From NCBI GenBank assembly GCA_963422375.2, contig OY729427.2, positions 1,568,001-1,632,000 on the forward strand: DNA of 64,000 nucleotides, read 5' to 3'. Both the position numbers and the translations under genes were made by a program. The notes below the pieces were generated by a model that worked only from the letters and a program-made list of their open reading frames with translations, made no database searches and had not been told where the DNA came from. Source of the stretch: Bryobacterales bacterium (GTDB lineage: Bacteria > Acidobacteriota > Terriglobia > Bryobacterales > UBA6623). This document shows, piece by piece, positions 25,959 to 36,800 of the stretch (position 1 is the stretch's first letter; each line of letters opens with the position of its first letter).

Positions 25959-28900
25959 TCAGTACCGCATCAAGAACTCGTGCTTGTTGAACAGCGCCCG
26001 CGCCACCGTGGCCCAAGCTGCCAGCTCGGTCTCCCCGAGGCCGGGCGGGATGCGCGAGATCCCCGTCGCGAGGAGCTCCCGCGCCCGTCCGGGGTCGCTC
26101 TCGAAGCTCTCTCGCTGCGCTTCCAGAAGGCGCTGCACGATGTCCCGCTCCCGTGCGGTCGGCGGGCGCGAGAACGCCTCGCGGAAGGCGAATTCGACCC
26201 TCTTCCTGGCGCTCCCGCCTCCCTCGCGCAGGATGCGAGCCGCGAAGGCGCGAGCCGCTTCCACGTAGCTGGGATCGTTGAGGAGCACCAGCGACTGCAA
26301 CGGAGTGTTGGAAACCGCCCGCTCGGCGGCGCACTCTTCGCGGGCCGGGGCGTCGAAGGCCATCAGCGACGGATGCACGTACTGCCGCTGCCAGTGCGTG
26401 TAGAGGCCCCGGCGGAACTGGTTGGGATCCAGGTCGGGCTCGTACACGCGCTTCGGGAAGTTGAGCTCCCGGTAGTAGCCGACCGGCTGGTACGGCTTGA
26501 CGCTCGGACCACCCAGCCGGCGGTTCAGCAGGCCGCTCACGGCCAGCGCGTTGTCGCGCACAAACTCGGCATCGATCCGCGCCATGACCTGCCGCCCGTG
26601 GAGACGGTTGTACGGGTCGGCCGCCAGCAGCTCGTCCGTGGGCTCGCTCGAGCGCCGGTAGGTCTCGGAGAGCAGCATCGTCTTCACTAGGTGGCGCACG
26701 TCCCAGCCGCTCTCGACGAACTCCACGGCCAGCCAGTCGAGCAGCTCCGGGTTGACGGGAGGCTCGCCTTGCGATCCCAAGTCGTCCAGCACTTTCGACA
26801 GGCCCGTGCCGAAGAAGGCCTTCCAGAGGCGGTTCGCGAAGACGCGAGCCGTCAGAGGATTGTCGGGGCTCGTCACCCACTCCGCAAGCTCCAGCCGCGT
26901 CAGCCGGCGGCCATCGGTGGGCAGCGGGCCGAGGAAGTGCGGCACCTGCGGCTGGACCGTCTCGCCCGAGTCGTCCATCCAGTTCCCCCGCGGGAGTATC
27001 CGCATGGTCCGGGGCTCGTCCACCGCCCTGGCCACCAGCGACTCGTGCGCGCCGTCGACCAGCGCCTTCCTGCGACGCTCGAGCGCACGGACGTCCCGCC
27101 ATGCCGCGTTGCCTCCGACGAACCGCTCGAAGGCGCTCTCGAGCGCGGCGGTCTGCTCCGGCGTGCGAGGGCCTTCGGCCAAGACGGCCTCGCGCAGGGT
27201 CCCGGCGACCGGCAGTTCCGGGAATTCCGAGTCGCTGCCAAGGAGACGAAAGCGCGAGGGCAGGCCTCGGCTCGTTCGAGCGTGGGCGATGAGAGAGACT
27301 TCCAAGCGCTCGCCCGGGTTGGTCCGCAGGGGCGCCTCGAACACGTACGCCGCCCGGCGCTGCCGGTCCTGCTCCCAATCGCCGTGCCAGCCCGAGTGGT
27401 AGTTGTCGTCCAGCGTGTCCCGCAGCATCGATCCTGGCCTCTCCCGGTCGGGCAGCAGGCCGGTCAGTGAAACGCGCACGGGCCAGTCCTCCCTGCCGAG
27501 CAGGCGCACCTGGAACTCGCTGAGGTAGAAGGAATCGAAGTCCCCGGTCGGGAATAGCTCGAGGGCGACCGCCGTCAGCAAGCCCTGCTCCAGGGGGATC
27601 TCGACGCGCTGAATCGCCTCGCCCGGCTTCCGATCCCCCTTCAGAGCGAGGCGCACTACGGCGTCGGACTCTTCCGCCAGTTCGAACCGGTCGCACTGGT
27701 CGAAATCCGGGTGACCGCAGTCGGCCCATGCCCGGTCGGGATCCAGCGGCTGCCAGCGCAGCAAGTCGTCGCGCAGGTACGCGGCGAAGTTCTCGAGGGC
27801 CCGCGGGCCCGTCGCCAGCTCGCGCCTGCCTTCGCCGCGCAGCGCCCGCAGGCGAGCCTCGATGCCGTCCATCTCGGATTGCGCGGAAGGATCCAGCACG
27901 CGAACGCTCGAGCCCCAAGCCGCGTTGCCCGAGAAGACGCCTTTCTCCTCGATGTCCGCGAAGAAGGCGGCCATCGAGTAGAAGTCCCTCGCTAGGAACG
28001 GATCGAACTTGTGGTCGTGGCACTCGGCACATCCGAGCGTCGAGCCGAGCCACACGGTGGAGATGTTGCGTACTCGGTCCGAAGCGTACTTGGCGAGGTA
28101 CTCCTTCGCCTGGGAGCCGCCCTCGTTGGTCATGCGGCTCAGACGGTTGTACCCGCTCGCTACCAGCTGCGAGGGCGTCGGGTCCGGCAGCAGGTCGCCG
28201 GCCAGGTGCTCGCGCGTCATCACGTCGAACGGCGTGTTCCCGTTGAACGACCGCACCACGTAGTCCCGGAACGGATACACGTTGACCGGGACGTCGCCGT
28301 GATAGCCGGTGGTGTCGGCGTAGCGAACCAAGTCCAGCCAGTGAACCGCCATGCGCTCGCCGTAGTGCGGGGAGTCGAGGAACGAGTCCACCAAGCGCTC
28401 GTAGGCGTCCGGCCGACCGTCCCGCACGAAGGCCTCCACGACCTCTGCCCGGGGCGGGAGGCCCGTCAGGTCGAAGCTGACACGGCGGGCCAGGGTGCGG
28501 CGACCGGCTTCGCCGACAGGCTCCAAGCCGCTCTCCGCGAGCCGGCGGCGGATGAAATGGTCGATCCCCGCGAAGCCTCCCGGGGCCTCGGGCCTGCGCG
28601 GCTTGATGTAGGCCCAGTGCTCTTGGTACTCGGCGCCCTCGGCCACCCACGCCGACAGGGCCTCCTTCTGCTCGCCGGTCAGCTTCTTGTCCGTGGCGAC
28701 CGGGGGCATCACGAGCGCGGGATTCTCCTGCAGCACCCGCTGCACGAGCCTGCTCGCCTCGGCGTCCCCGGGCTGGATCACGCCGCGGGCGAGCGCGTCG
28801 CCGCGCCGGTCGAGCCGCAGGCCCGCCTGCCTGGCGTTGCTGTCGGGCCCGTGGCAGGCGAAGCAGTTCTCGGACAGGATCGGCCGGATGTCCCGGTTGA

Positions 28901-28964
28901 ACTCAACGCGTTCCGCAGCGGAAGCCGCGACGCAAGCGAGCGCGCCGGCCGCGAGCAATCTCAT
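25959..28964 (-). CDS. PSD1/planctomycete cytochrome c protein (PSCyt1, DUF1549, DUF1553)
   Basis: FNRDIRPILSENCFACHGPD; GCAECHDHKFDP; NPLTARV; ELLDWLA; TPLQSLVLLND. Confidence 0.92.
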   Translation of the reverse strand: MRLLAAGALACVAASAAERVEFNRDIRPILSENCFACHGPDSNARQAGLRLDRRGDALARGVIQPGDAEASRLVQRVLQENPALVMPPVATDKKLTGEQKEALSAWVAEGAEYQEHWAYIKPRRPEAPGGFAGIDHFIRRRLAESGLEPVGEAGRRTLARRVSFDLTGLPPRAEVVEAFVRDGRPDAYERLVDSFLDSPHYGERMAVHWLDLVRYADTTGYHGDVPVNVYPFRDYVVRSFNGNTPFDVMTREHLAGDLLPDPTPSQLVASGYNRLSRMTNEGGSQAKEYLAKYASDRVRNISTVWLGSTLGCAECHDHKFDPFLARDFYSMAAFFADIEEKGVFSGNAAWGSSVRVLDPSAQSEMDGIEARLRALRGEGRRELATGPRALENFAAYLRDDLLRWQPLDPDRAWADCGHPDFDQCDRFELAEESDAVVRLALKGDRKPGEAIQRVEIPLEQGLLTAVALELFPTGDFDSFYLSEFQVRLLGREDWPVRVSLTGLLPDRERPGSMLRDTLDDNYHSGWHGDWEQDRQRRAAYVFEAPLRTNPGERLEVSLIAHARTSRGLPSRFRLLGSDSEFPELPVAGTLREAVLAEGPRTPEQTAALESAFERFVGGNAAWRDVRALERRRKALVDGAHESLVARAVDEPRTMRILPRGNWMDDSGETVQPQVPHFLGPLPTDGRRLTRLELAEWVTSPDNPLTARVFANRLWKAFFGTGLSKVLDDLGSQGEPPVNPELLDWLAVEFVESGWDVRHLVKTMLLSETYRRSSEPTDELLAADPYNRLHGRQVMARIDAEFVRDNALAVSGLLNRRLGGPSVKPYQPVGYYRELNFPKRVYEPDLDPNQFRRGLYTHWQRQYVHPSLMAFDAPAREECAAERAVSNTPLQSLVLLNDPSYVEAARAFAARILREGGGSARKRVEFAFREAFSRPPTARERDIVQRLLEAQRESFESDPGRARELLATGISRIPPGLGETELAAWATVARALFNKHEFLMRY

Positions 28965-29047
28965 TCCCGATCACCTGGATACTTCGGGCGGCAAGGGCGC
29001 CCGCCGCCCACAGACAATGTACCAGCAGGCGGCGCGGACGGCGCCTG

Positions 29048-30394
29048 CTAGCGCTCCGGCGGGCCGAGATACAGCCCCGCACCGACCAGCACGGGCACGC
29101 CCTGGGCGGAAACAGTCTCCAAGTACGAGACCTTCGTCTCCGCACGCCCCGTCGTGGGGTTGAACATCTCGTAGGTGAAGTACACGTCCCCGAAGGTCCG
29201 GGCCACACCCAGCATGTCGCGACCGCCGAGCGGCCCGTCAGGAGCGAGCAGGCCCTTGAATTCCAAGAGCTCCCGGCCGTCGACGCGAACGAGATTCCCG
29301 GTGAAGAGCTGCGCTCCGGTGCGTGGGTCGACGCCGAACACGTAGATCGACCCGCTCCTCCAGCGCGGGTCGCGGGCCAGCGCGAGGGTCGCGAAGAAGC
29401 CCTTCCGCTCGACGAGATTCGCCGCGCAGCGCACGAACGCCTCGAGGTTGCGGTCGGTCAGGTCGGCCTCCAGCCTGCTGGCGCTCACGTGGTCCGCGTG
29501 GCAGGTCCCGGGAAGGTTCGCCTCGTAGACCCCGGCTCCGAGAACGGCGCGCTTGCCGTCCCAGTCGACCTCGGCCGCGAACGTCGCCTTGGGCTCCGCC
29601 AAGCCGGTATCCGGGTTGCGGAAGCTGTAGTAGGCCCATCCGGCCCCCGTGGCGTCCACCACCCGGTAAATCTCGTTCTGGATGTCGGTGCCGAAGCTGT
29701 CGACGCTCGGCCCGCCGAGGCCCTCCTCCAGCGACGGGTCCGGAGGGAAGACGATGGAGTTGAACTGCGTCGTCCCGGGCAGGAGTTCGTCGACGAAGAC
29801 GTAGGTCGGCCCGCTCTTCCAGCGGGCGTCCTCGCGGAAGGCGCGCGCGGCTTCCGCCGTGCCGTGGAGCGCCAAGTATTCCAAGGCGCAGTTCACGAAG
29901 GCTACCACGTCCGACCGCGAGCGGACCGCGGCGGCCCGGACCGACTTGTCGCTGCAAGGAGGCACGTCCATCCGCGGTCCGTCGGCTTGGGATGGATCCC
30001 CAACTGCCGCTATCACGGCAGCCGCTGCGACCCCCTCGGCGATGTCGCTCCCAAGCTCGAATTCAGAAGCGCATTTGAGGAGCGAGGGGATATCGGCAGC
30101 CGTGCCCGGGACCGGCTGCGTCGTCAGATTCGTTTCGCAGTCGGGCAGCTCGCCGATCGATGTGGCGCCGAGCACGGTTTGCAGGATCTGACCGAAGATA
30201 TCCAGAACGACCTCCTCCGGCCCGACGTCCTGGAGGCCGGTGAAGATGCAGTTCAGCGCGGCGGCTAGGTCGTCCGCCGAGCGGATCTCGATGGGATTGC
30301 TTCCGGGTTGCGGGCACAGCGGGAGCTGCGCCCGGAGGGGCTGCGCGGCGAGCGCGACAAGAATCGCTGCGGTTGCGACGAACGATGCTCTCAT
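29048..30394 (-). CDS. Secreted tandem Cache-domain protein A
   Basis: Signal peptide LRA-Q; two units of AF..WKSGPTYVFV..Y.F.NP.TG..E.K..GAG.Y; no TM helix or output domain. Confidence 0.75.
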   Translation of the reverse strand: MRASFVATAAILVALAAQPLRAQLPLCPQPGSNPIEIRSADDLAAALNCIFTGLQDVGPEEVVLDIFGQILQTVLGATSIGELPDCETNLTTQPVPGTAADIPSLLKCASEFELGSDIAEGVAAAAVIAAVGDPSQADGPRMDVPPCSDKSVRAAAVRSRSDVVAFVNCALEYLALHGTAEAARAFREDARWKSGPTYVFVDELLPGTTQFNSIVFPPDPSLEEGLGGPSVDSFGTDIQNEIYRVVDATGAGWAYYSFRNPDTGLAEPKATFAAEVDWDGKRAVLGAGVYEANLPGTCHADHVSASRLEADLTDRNLEAFVRCAANLVERKGFFATLALARDPRWRSGSIYVFGVDPRTGAQLFTGNLVRVDGRELLEFKGLLAPDGPLGGRDMLGVARTFGDVYFTYEMFNPTTGRAETKVSYLETVSAQGVPVLVGAGLYLGPPER

Positions 30395-30562
30395 GCATTC
30401 ATGTTCACACGAACCTGTACTGCGATGCCGCTCGATGGCGCCGTTCACGGCTGATCCCGCGGGGTCGAAGCTCGCTGCGGGGCAGAATCGCACGCTCGCG
30501 ACGCCCGCGCGTCGCGCTCCGCTGGAAGCCCGGCCAGGGGCTCAGGGTACGATGGCCCTGCC

Positions 30563-31996
30563 ATGACCCGATCGACTCATTCCGGCGGCCGCCGGCTTGG
30601 CGCGACGCTGGCCGCCTGCAGCCTGTTCGCGGGATGCTCGGCGGCCGGTCCCGACAGGCCCAACATCGTCCTCCTGCTGGCGGACGACCTCGGCTACGGC
30701 AGCGTCTCCTGGTACGGCGGCGACATTCCAACCCCACATATCGACTCGATCGCCGCGAACGGGGTCGGATTCACATCGGGGTACATGACCGCACCCGTGT
30801 GCAACCCGTCGCGGCCCGCCCTGATGACCGGACGCTACCAGCAGCGCTGGGGCAAGGAACTGAACTCGCAGACCGCGCCGCCCGTCGGCGCACCCCGCAA
30901 GTCCCTGCCCCGGAGCGAGACGACGCTCGCGACGGCCCTCAAGCGGGCCGGCTACGCGACGGGCGCCGTCGGCAAGTGGCAGCTGGGGATGGACGACGGC
31001 TACCACCCGCTGGACCGGGGGTTCGATTCGTTCCTAGGAATGCCTTCCGGGGCGCGCTTCGTCGACCCGCTCCGGCCGGACGCCCGCATCGCTCCCGGAC
31101 ACGAGGACTCCGGGGAGAGCGACTCCACCGGGCGCTACCGCGGCCTGATCAGCGGACGGGCGCAGCGGATTCCGATGGACGAGTACCTCACCGACCGCCT
31201 CGGCCGGGAGGGCGTCAGCTTCGTCGAGCGCCACAGGCACAGGCGGTTCTTCCTTTACCTCGCGTTCCACGCGCCGCACGGGCCGATCCAGACTATCGAC
31301 AAGTACTACCAGCGCTTCCCGCAAATCGACAACGAGACGGCGCGCATCTACGCGGCGATGATCAGCGCGCTGGACGACTGGGTCGGCGCGGTCCTGGCGG
31401 CGCTGCGCGAGCACGGGCTCGAAGAGACAACGCTGGTGATCTTCACCAGCGACAACGGAGCGGCGAAGGGGAGCGACATCGACGGCAAGCGCAACTACCC
31501 GCTGACCGGCCACAAGCGCAACCTGTACGAAGGGGGCATCCGGGTCCCCTACGCTATGCAGTGGAAGGGACGCATTCGGGGCGGAATGAAGTTCGAGCCG
31601 CCGGTCAGCTCCCTCGACATCTTCCCGACCGCCCTCGAGGCCGTCGGCGCGAGCTGGGACGGCGCGGCACCCCTCGACGGCACGAGCCTGCTTCCGTTCC
31701 TGGACGGCAAGCGAACCGGCACGCCTCACGAGCACCTCGTCTGGCGGTCCGGACCCAACAGGGCGGTTCGCAGCGGTCCGTGGAAGCTCCTCCTCTCGGG
31801 CGACGGACTGACGCGGCTCTACGACGTGGACAAGGATCCGAGCGAGACGGCGGACCTTTCGGCCGAGCGGGGGCCCGTCGTCGAGAAGCTGCGGCAGGCC
31901 CTCGACGAATGGGCCTCAGACAAGGCCCCGCCCCGAGAGGGAGCGCGGTCCGTCAAGACGAGATACCACGGCGACCTATTTGACTGGCACATCTAG
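30563..31996 (+). CDS. Formylglycine-dependent sulfatase, probable lipoprotein
   Basis: PNIVLLLADDLGY, CNPSRPALMTGR, GKWQLG, FTSDNG, YEGGIRVP; FAGC lipobox. Confidence 0.93.
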   Translation: MTRSTHSGGRRLGATLAACSLFAGCSAAGPDRPNIVLLLADDLGYGSVSWYGGDIPTPHIDSIAANGVGFTSGYMTAPVCNPSRPALMTGRYQQRWGKELNSQTAPPVGAPRKSLPRSETTLATALKRAGYATGAVGKWQLGMDDGYHPLDRGFDSFLGMPSGARFVDPLRPDARIAPGHEDSGESDSTGRYRGLISGRAQRIPMDEYLTDRLGREGVSFVERHRHRRFFLYLAFHAPHGPIQTIDKYYQRFPQIDNETARIYAAMISALDDWVGAVLAALREHGLEETTLVIFTSDNGAAKGSDIDGKRNYPLTGHKRNLYEGGIRVPYAMQWKGRIRGGMKFEPPVSSLDIFPTALEAVGASWDGAAPLDGTSLLPFLDGKRTGTPHEHLVWRSGPNRAVRSGPWKLLLSGDGLTRLYDVDKDPSETADLSAERGPVVEKLRQALDEWASDKAPPREGARSVKTRYHGDLFDWHI

Positions 31997-32173
31997 CCGC
32001 CGCCGGGAAGCCCGGCGCAGCCGGCTGCAAGCACGGAGGAAGCCTCCTTCGCCGATGGGATCTCTCGCTCTCGCGACGCACGGCCCAACCGCTCGGGCCC
32101 GGCAGCCGAGCCCGCTCAACGAGCTTCGCCGTCGCGAGCGGCAGCGAACCGCCCGCGACAGCACGCTTCGCCG

Positions 32174-33532
32174 CTATTCGGCGGGCGAACCGAAATACAG
32201 TCCCGCTCCGACGAGCACCGGCACGCCTTGCGCGGTCACGCTCTTCAAGTAAGAGACCTTGACTTCAGCCCGGCCCGTCGCCGGGTTGAATGTTTCGTAA
32301 GTCAGGTGGGAATCTCCGAAAGTCCGCGTCACGGCCAGCATGTCCCGCCCGCGGAACTGGCCCGCCGGATCCTGCACACCCTGGATTTCCGGGAGATGCA
32401 CGCCGTTCAGGCGAGCGCGATTGCCGGTGAAGAACAGCGCGCCGGTCTGGGGGTCGAGGCCGAATACGTAGACCGACCCGCTCCTCCAGCGCGTCTCGTC
32501 GGACAGCGCGCGCGCGGCGAAGTGGCCCTGCTCCGCGACGAGATGTGCCGCGCATCGGACCAGCTCTTCCAGCTTCCCGAAATCCTGCGACTCGTCCACG
32601 CCTCCGGCGTTGACTTCTTCCGCGTCGCAGGTGCCCGGGATATCGCGCTCGTAGAGGCCCGCCCCTAGGACCGCATCCCGGCCGGCCCAGTTGATCAAGC
32701 GGCCGTACGACGCCTTGGGCTCGTCGCGCCCGGTTGCCGGATTCCGGTAGCTGTAATAAAGCCAGCCGCCCCCTACCGCCCGGGCGACTCGATGGAATTC
32801 CTCGCCGAGATCGGTGCCGAACAAATCTACCAGCGGTCCCCAGTCCTTGCCCTCGCTGTCCCGGTCGGGCGGGAATACGACCTGGAGCATGCCCTTGCCG
32901 TCGGGAAGGAGCTGGTCCACGAATACGTAGGTCGGCCCGTCCTTCCAGCGCTTGTCTTCGTTGAACGCCCGCGAGGCTTCGACCGTGCCGTGCTCCTGCG
33001 CGTATTCGTACGCGCAATTCACGAAAGCGACGAGGTCGTCCCTTGTCCGGATGGCTGAAGCGTGGATCATCTTCTCGGCGCAAGGCACAGCGGTGGCGGC
33101 CGGCAGGTCCGGCGGGCCCGGCGGCTCGCCGCTGATAAGGCCGCCGATGGCGACAGCCGCGCCCGAGGCGAAACCGTTCGCGTGCGCGAATTCCGTCAAG
33201 CAGCCGACAAGCTGCGGGATCTGCTGGGTCGAGTTGGTGAGCATGGCGGGAATCGTCACTCCGGACGCGCAGGGCGTTGGAGTGCCGCCTGGGGCCGGAG
33301 CCTGCAGCGCCTGGACCAGGCCTTGGAAGACTCCTTGGAGCACCGCTTCAAGGGGGCCTCCGGTTACGTTCTTGACCATGCAGCCGAGAACCGTAGTGAC
33401 ATCCTCGGCCGAGCCGATGTGCAGGTCGCCCTCGATCTGGGGGCACAGGGCGAGCTGAGCGTCGAGGGGCTGAGCGGCGACCCCGCCCAGGATGACCAGA
33501 ATCGCCGCGAAGGCGATAGAACCGAGTTTCAT
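32174..33532 (-). CDS. Secreted tandem Cache-domain protein B, paralog of A
   Basis: Same architecture as A; near-identical C-terminus AQGVPVLVGAGLY. Confidence 0.75.
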   Translation of the reverse strand: MKLGSIAFAAILVILGGVAAQPLDAQLALCPQIEGDLHIGSAEDVTTVLGCMVKNVTGGPLEAVLQGVFQGLVQALQAPAPGGTPTPCASGVTIPAMLTNSTQQIPQLVGCLTEFAHANGFASGAAVAIGGLISGEPPGPPDLPAATAVPCAEKMIHASAIRTRDDLVAFVNCAYEYAQEHGTVEASRAFNEDKRWKDGPTYVFVDQLLPDGKGMLQVVFPPDRDSEGKDWGPLVDLFGTDLGEEFHRVARAVGGGWLYYSYRNPATGRDEPKASYGRLINWAGRDAVLGAGLYERDIPGTCDAEEVNAGGVDESQDFGKLEELVRCAAHLVAEQGHFAARALSDETRWRSGSVYVFGLDPQTGALFFTGNRARLNGVHLPEIQGVQDPAGQFRGRDMLAVTRTFGDSHLTYETFNPATGRAEVKVSYLKSVTAQGVPVLVGAGLYFGSPAE

Positions 33533-33856
33533 AGGTGCTACGCTAGCATGCGCTCCGACATTGGTGCAACGGCGGGCGAGCCGTCCGGGGGCTGGGGCAG
33601 CGGGCGGCGGCGCTGCGAGACCCACTGCAACCATGCGGCGAGCGCGGGATCGCCCTGCCTTTCCTGTGCGTCTTGCGCGAAGGGAAAGGGTGTCGAGGTG
33701 CCCCTAGCTCAGGCAGACGACGCGGACGCCCGGGCCCGGCACCGACTCGTTCAGGGCTGCGAGCGCAGGGAGACACCGAACGTGCAACTCACGGCTCTCG
33801 CGGGCCTACCGGCTTGCCTGGCGGTGTCTTGCCGACGGCCTTGCGCGGCCCGACCG

Positions 33857-36800
33857 CTAGAAATCCGCGGGCGGCCGAGGCACGAGGTTCTCGACCGGCA
33901 GCGTCACCGTATTGCTGATGAACAGTCCCTGCGCGATCCACAGCGGCGTTGCCGGGTTGTCGTTCAGATCCGTGTTCGTGCGCAGATGCACCTCGTAGAC
34001 ACCCACCTTGCCCGCGGACAGGCCGACGAATTCCACCTGCGCCGTGCGCCCGCCGAATTGCGACGAGACGAAGTCGTCCGCCACGAGCGGGACCTTGGCC
34101 ACCGTGCCCTCCGGCGTCGGCCGGCCCGTCTCCACGGCCTCTTGGTTGTCCGTCAAGCCGAGGCCGGTGGCGTAGACGATCATCAGCTGGCCCGGCACCA
34201 AGGGGTTCTGCGGGGTTATCGGCGAGTACGGCTCGTTGCCGCAGCACAGGTGCGTGCCGCGCGCCGACAGCGTCAGCATGACGTCGGCTTCGGTCCGCTC
34301 GTTGACGTCGGGCGTGTTGGGATCGTCCTGCGGCACTTCCGTGCCCCTGGCGGCGTAGCTGATCGAGTTGGCCTGCTTCCCCGGCTCCCGCGCCCTCAGG
34401 ATCACCACCGGAGGAGTGTTGCCGTCCTCCAGCAGGCCGTTCTCGCGGTTCGTGGTCACCTGAATGCCGGCGCCCTGCGAGACCTCGAAGCCGTAGGGGA
34501 TCTCGTTGCCGTCCGAGCCGAGCGACCGCGCCACGATCTGCATCTTGACCGAGCCCACCACCTGCAGCACCCGCGCCGTGACCTCGGGGTCGCCGACGCC
34601 CGCGTTGACCGAGCGCACGAGGATGTTGCGCATGATGAGCAGCGCCCTGTCCTTGTTCGCGGCGTCCTCCTCGGTCAGCGTGTAGGTGTAGGATCGGTCG
34701 CGGACCGTGATCGTCACCGAGTCGCCGGCCCTGGACTCGCCCTCGAAGTCGAAATCCGCTCGCGCGGAAAAGAATCCGACCGTGCCGGCGGACGCGACGA
34801 CCTCCGGGTCGCCGTCCCCGGCGTTGATGAGCTCGATGAACCGGTCGCGGATCTGTTCGGCGTGCTCGTCGCCGGGCGAGCGGTAGACGTACTCGCGCCC
34901 GTTGATCACGATGCGGCCCTCCGCGCCCTCGCGCGTCCAGTTGAGCTTGGGATCGTCGTTTCCAGAGCGCATGTCGCGCGGACGGTCCGGCACCGTCACG
35001 GCGACCGTTCCCTCCGCAATGCCGTCCCCGTGAAAGGCCAGCGCGCGGCGCGGCTCCTCGCCCGGCAGGTCGAACAGGCCCGGCGCGGCGCGGACGGACT
35101 GCACCGCTCGCGCGGCGGACACCCGCACGCTCCCGTCCGGCATCACGCGCCGCACCTGGAAGCTGTGGCCCGTGCCTTGCAGCTCCCACGGAAGCTGGAA
35201 GTTGATCTGGCTCTCGGACACCATCTGCAGCGGAGCCACCGCGCCATTGGCGAGCACTTGGACACCGTCGATCTCTCTCGGCAGCTCCTCTCCGTCCGGC
35301 ACGCCCGTGTGGCCTTCCGCCAGGTCCGTGCCGAAGATCGAAGCGATCGTGCCGGGAGGCAGGTCGCGGGCGTCGGACCCTCCCGTCAGCCGCGAACCGG
35401 ACGTGTTGGCCTCCAGTTCCGTGCCGGCGTGACGCATCTCCACCTGCGTCCAGTTCCCTGTCGGCCCTTCCTTCTTGGCGACCAAGTTGGCGCGGTAGCT
35501 GACCTTGCCGCGGGCCAGCGTCGGGCCGGACGCCTCGGCCGTCGTGGGAGAGCCGGGCGTGATGCGGATCGAGAACGGCAGGCGGTTGCCGACCGGGCCC
35601 ACGCTCTTGTGAACCAGCTCCAGCGTCTCGATTTGGTCGATCTTGCGCTCGACGATGACCTCGGGATCGTCGCCCTGGTCCACGAGGTAGTTCAGGCGGT
35701 CGACGAGGCGCTCGGGGATGTCTCCTTCGGGCACGGTGTAGCTGTACTTGCGCCCGTTGATATCGAGCTCGACGAAGTCCCCCGGGCGCGCCTCGCCGCC
35801 AAACCGGATCGTGCCCGTGGCGTGGCGCCCGACTCCCAAGGTCGAATAGGCGGTCACGGGCAGCGTCGGCTCGCTGTTGATGAGATCGACGACCCGGTCG
35901 CGCACGTCCTCCGCGCTCTCGCCCGCCGTGGTGGTGTGGAAGAGCTCAATGCCGTCCAGCGTGATCTTGACCTCCTCGCCGCCGGGAAGCACGGGGGGCA
36001 GCTGGGACTCGTCCTGCGGCGTGTCCGAGATATCCACGGGCAGCGCCTGGTCGAACTCGAGGTGCCCGCGGCTGCGGATCCGCACCGCGGCAGCGTTGCG
36101 CACGCCGTCGAGATCGATCTGGTCCAGCCCGGGCGTGAACACGAGGATCCGCCGCGTGAACGGATCGGCCACGTAGAGGTTGTGCCCGTCGTAGGCCATC
36201 GAGGACGGCGAGCGCACGCTGCCGGGCCCCTCGGACTCGGTGAGCTGCACGAAGTTCGGCTGGCCGATCACCAGGTCCGCCTTGGCGCCGTTCCGCTGCG
36301 GGATCTGGTGATACACGAGGATGCGGTCGTTGCCGGAGTCGGCCACGAACAGCCGCTGCCCCACGGCCAGCGCGAAGCGGGGGAAGTTCAGCGTGCCCTC
36401 GCAGCGCTTGGGATAGCGCACCTCGTCCGGATCGATCGCCGCCTTCTGCGGCGGCAGCGGGACCGCCAGCGGAACGTTCGTCGGCGGTGTCTCGTTCTCG
36501 CTGCGGCTGCCGTCGTCGTCGAGCGGTCCGAGCGCCCGGCAGAGCGCCTCGCTGTTGTTGGGCTCGGACGATGAGAAGTCCGGCTGCCCGACCACCACGT
36601 CGGCCGGCGCGTAGCTCTGGACGGGCACGGAGTTATAGATCAGGACGCGGTTGAATCCCAGGTCGGCGACGAACAGCCGACCGTCCGACACCGACACCGA
36701 GACCGGATCGAGCATGCGCTTCTCGTCGGCTTCGTACACGCCCTTCGTCAGGTCCGCCTCGTGGCGAGTGTGCAGGTCCGGCTGCCCGAGGACCAAGTCG

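Noticed and set aside
25597..28650. 1017-aa alternative-frame ORF; likewise 33062..36574 and 49013..50974
   Set aside because: High-GC shadow frames of real genes.
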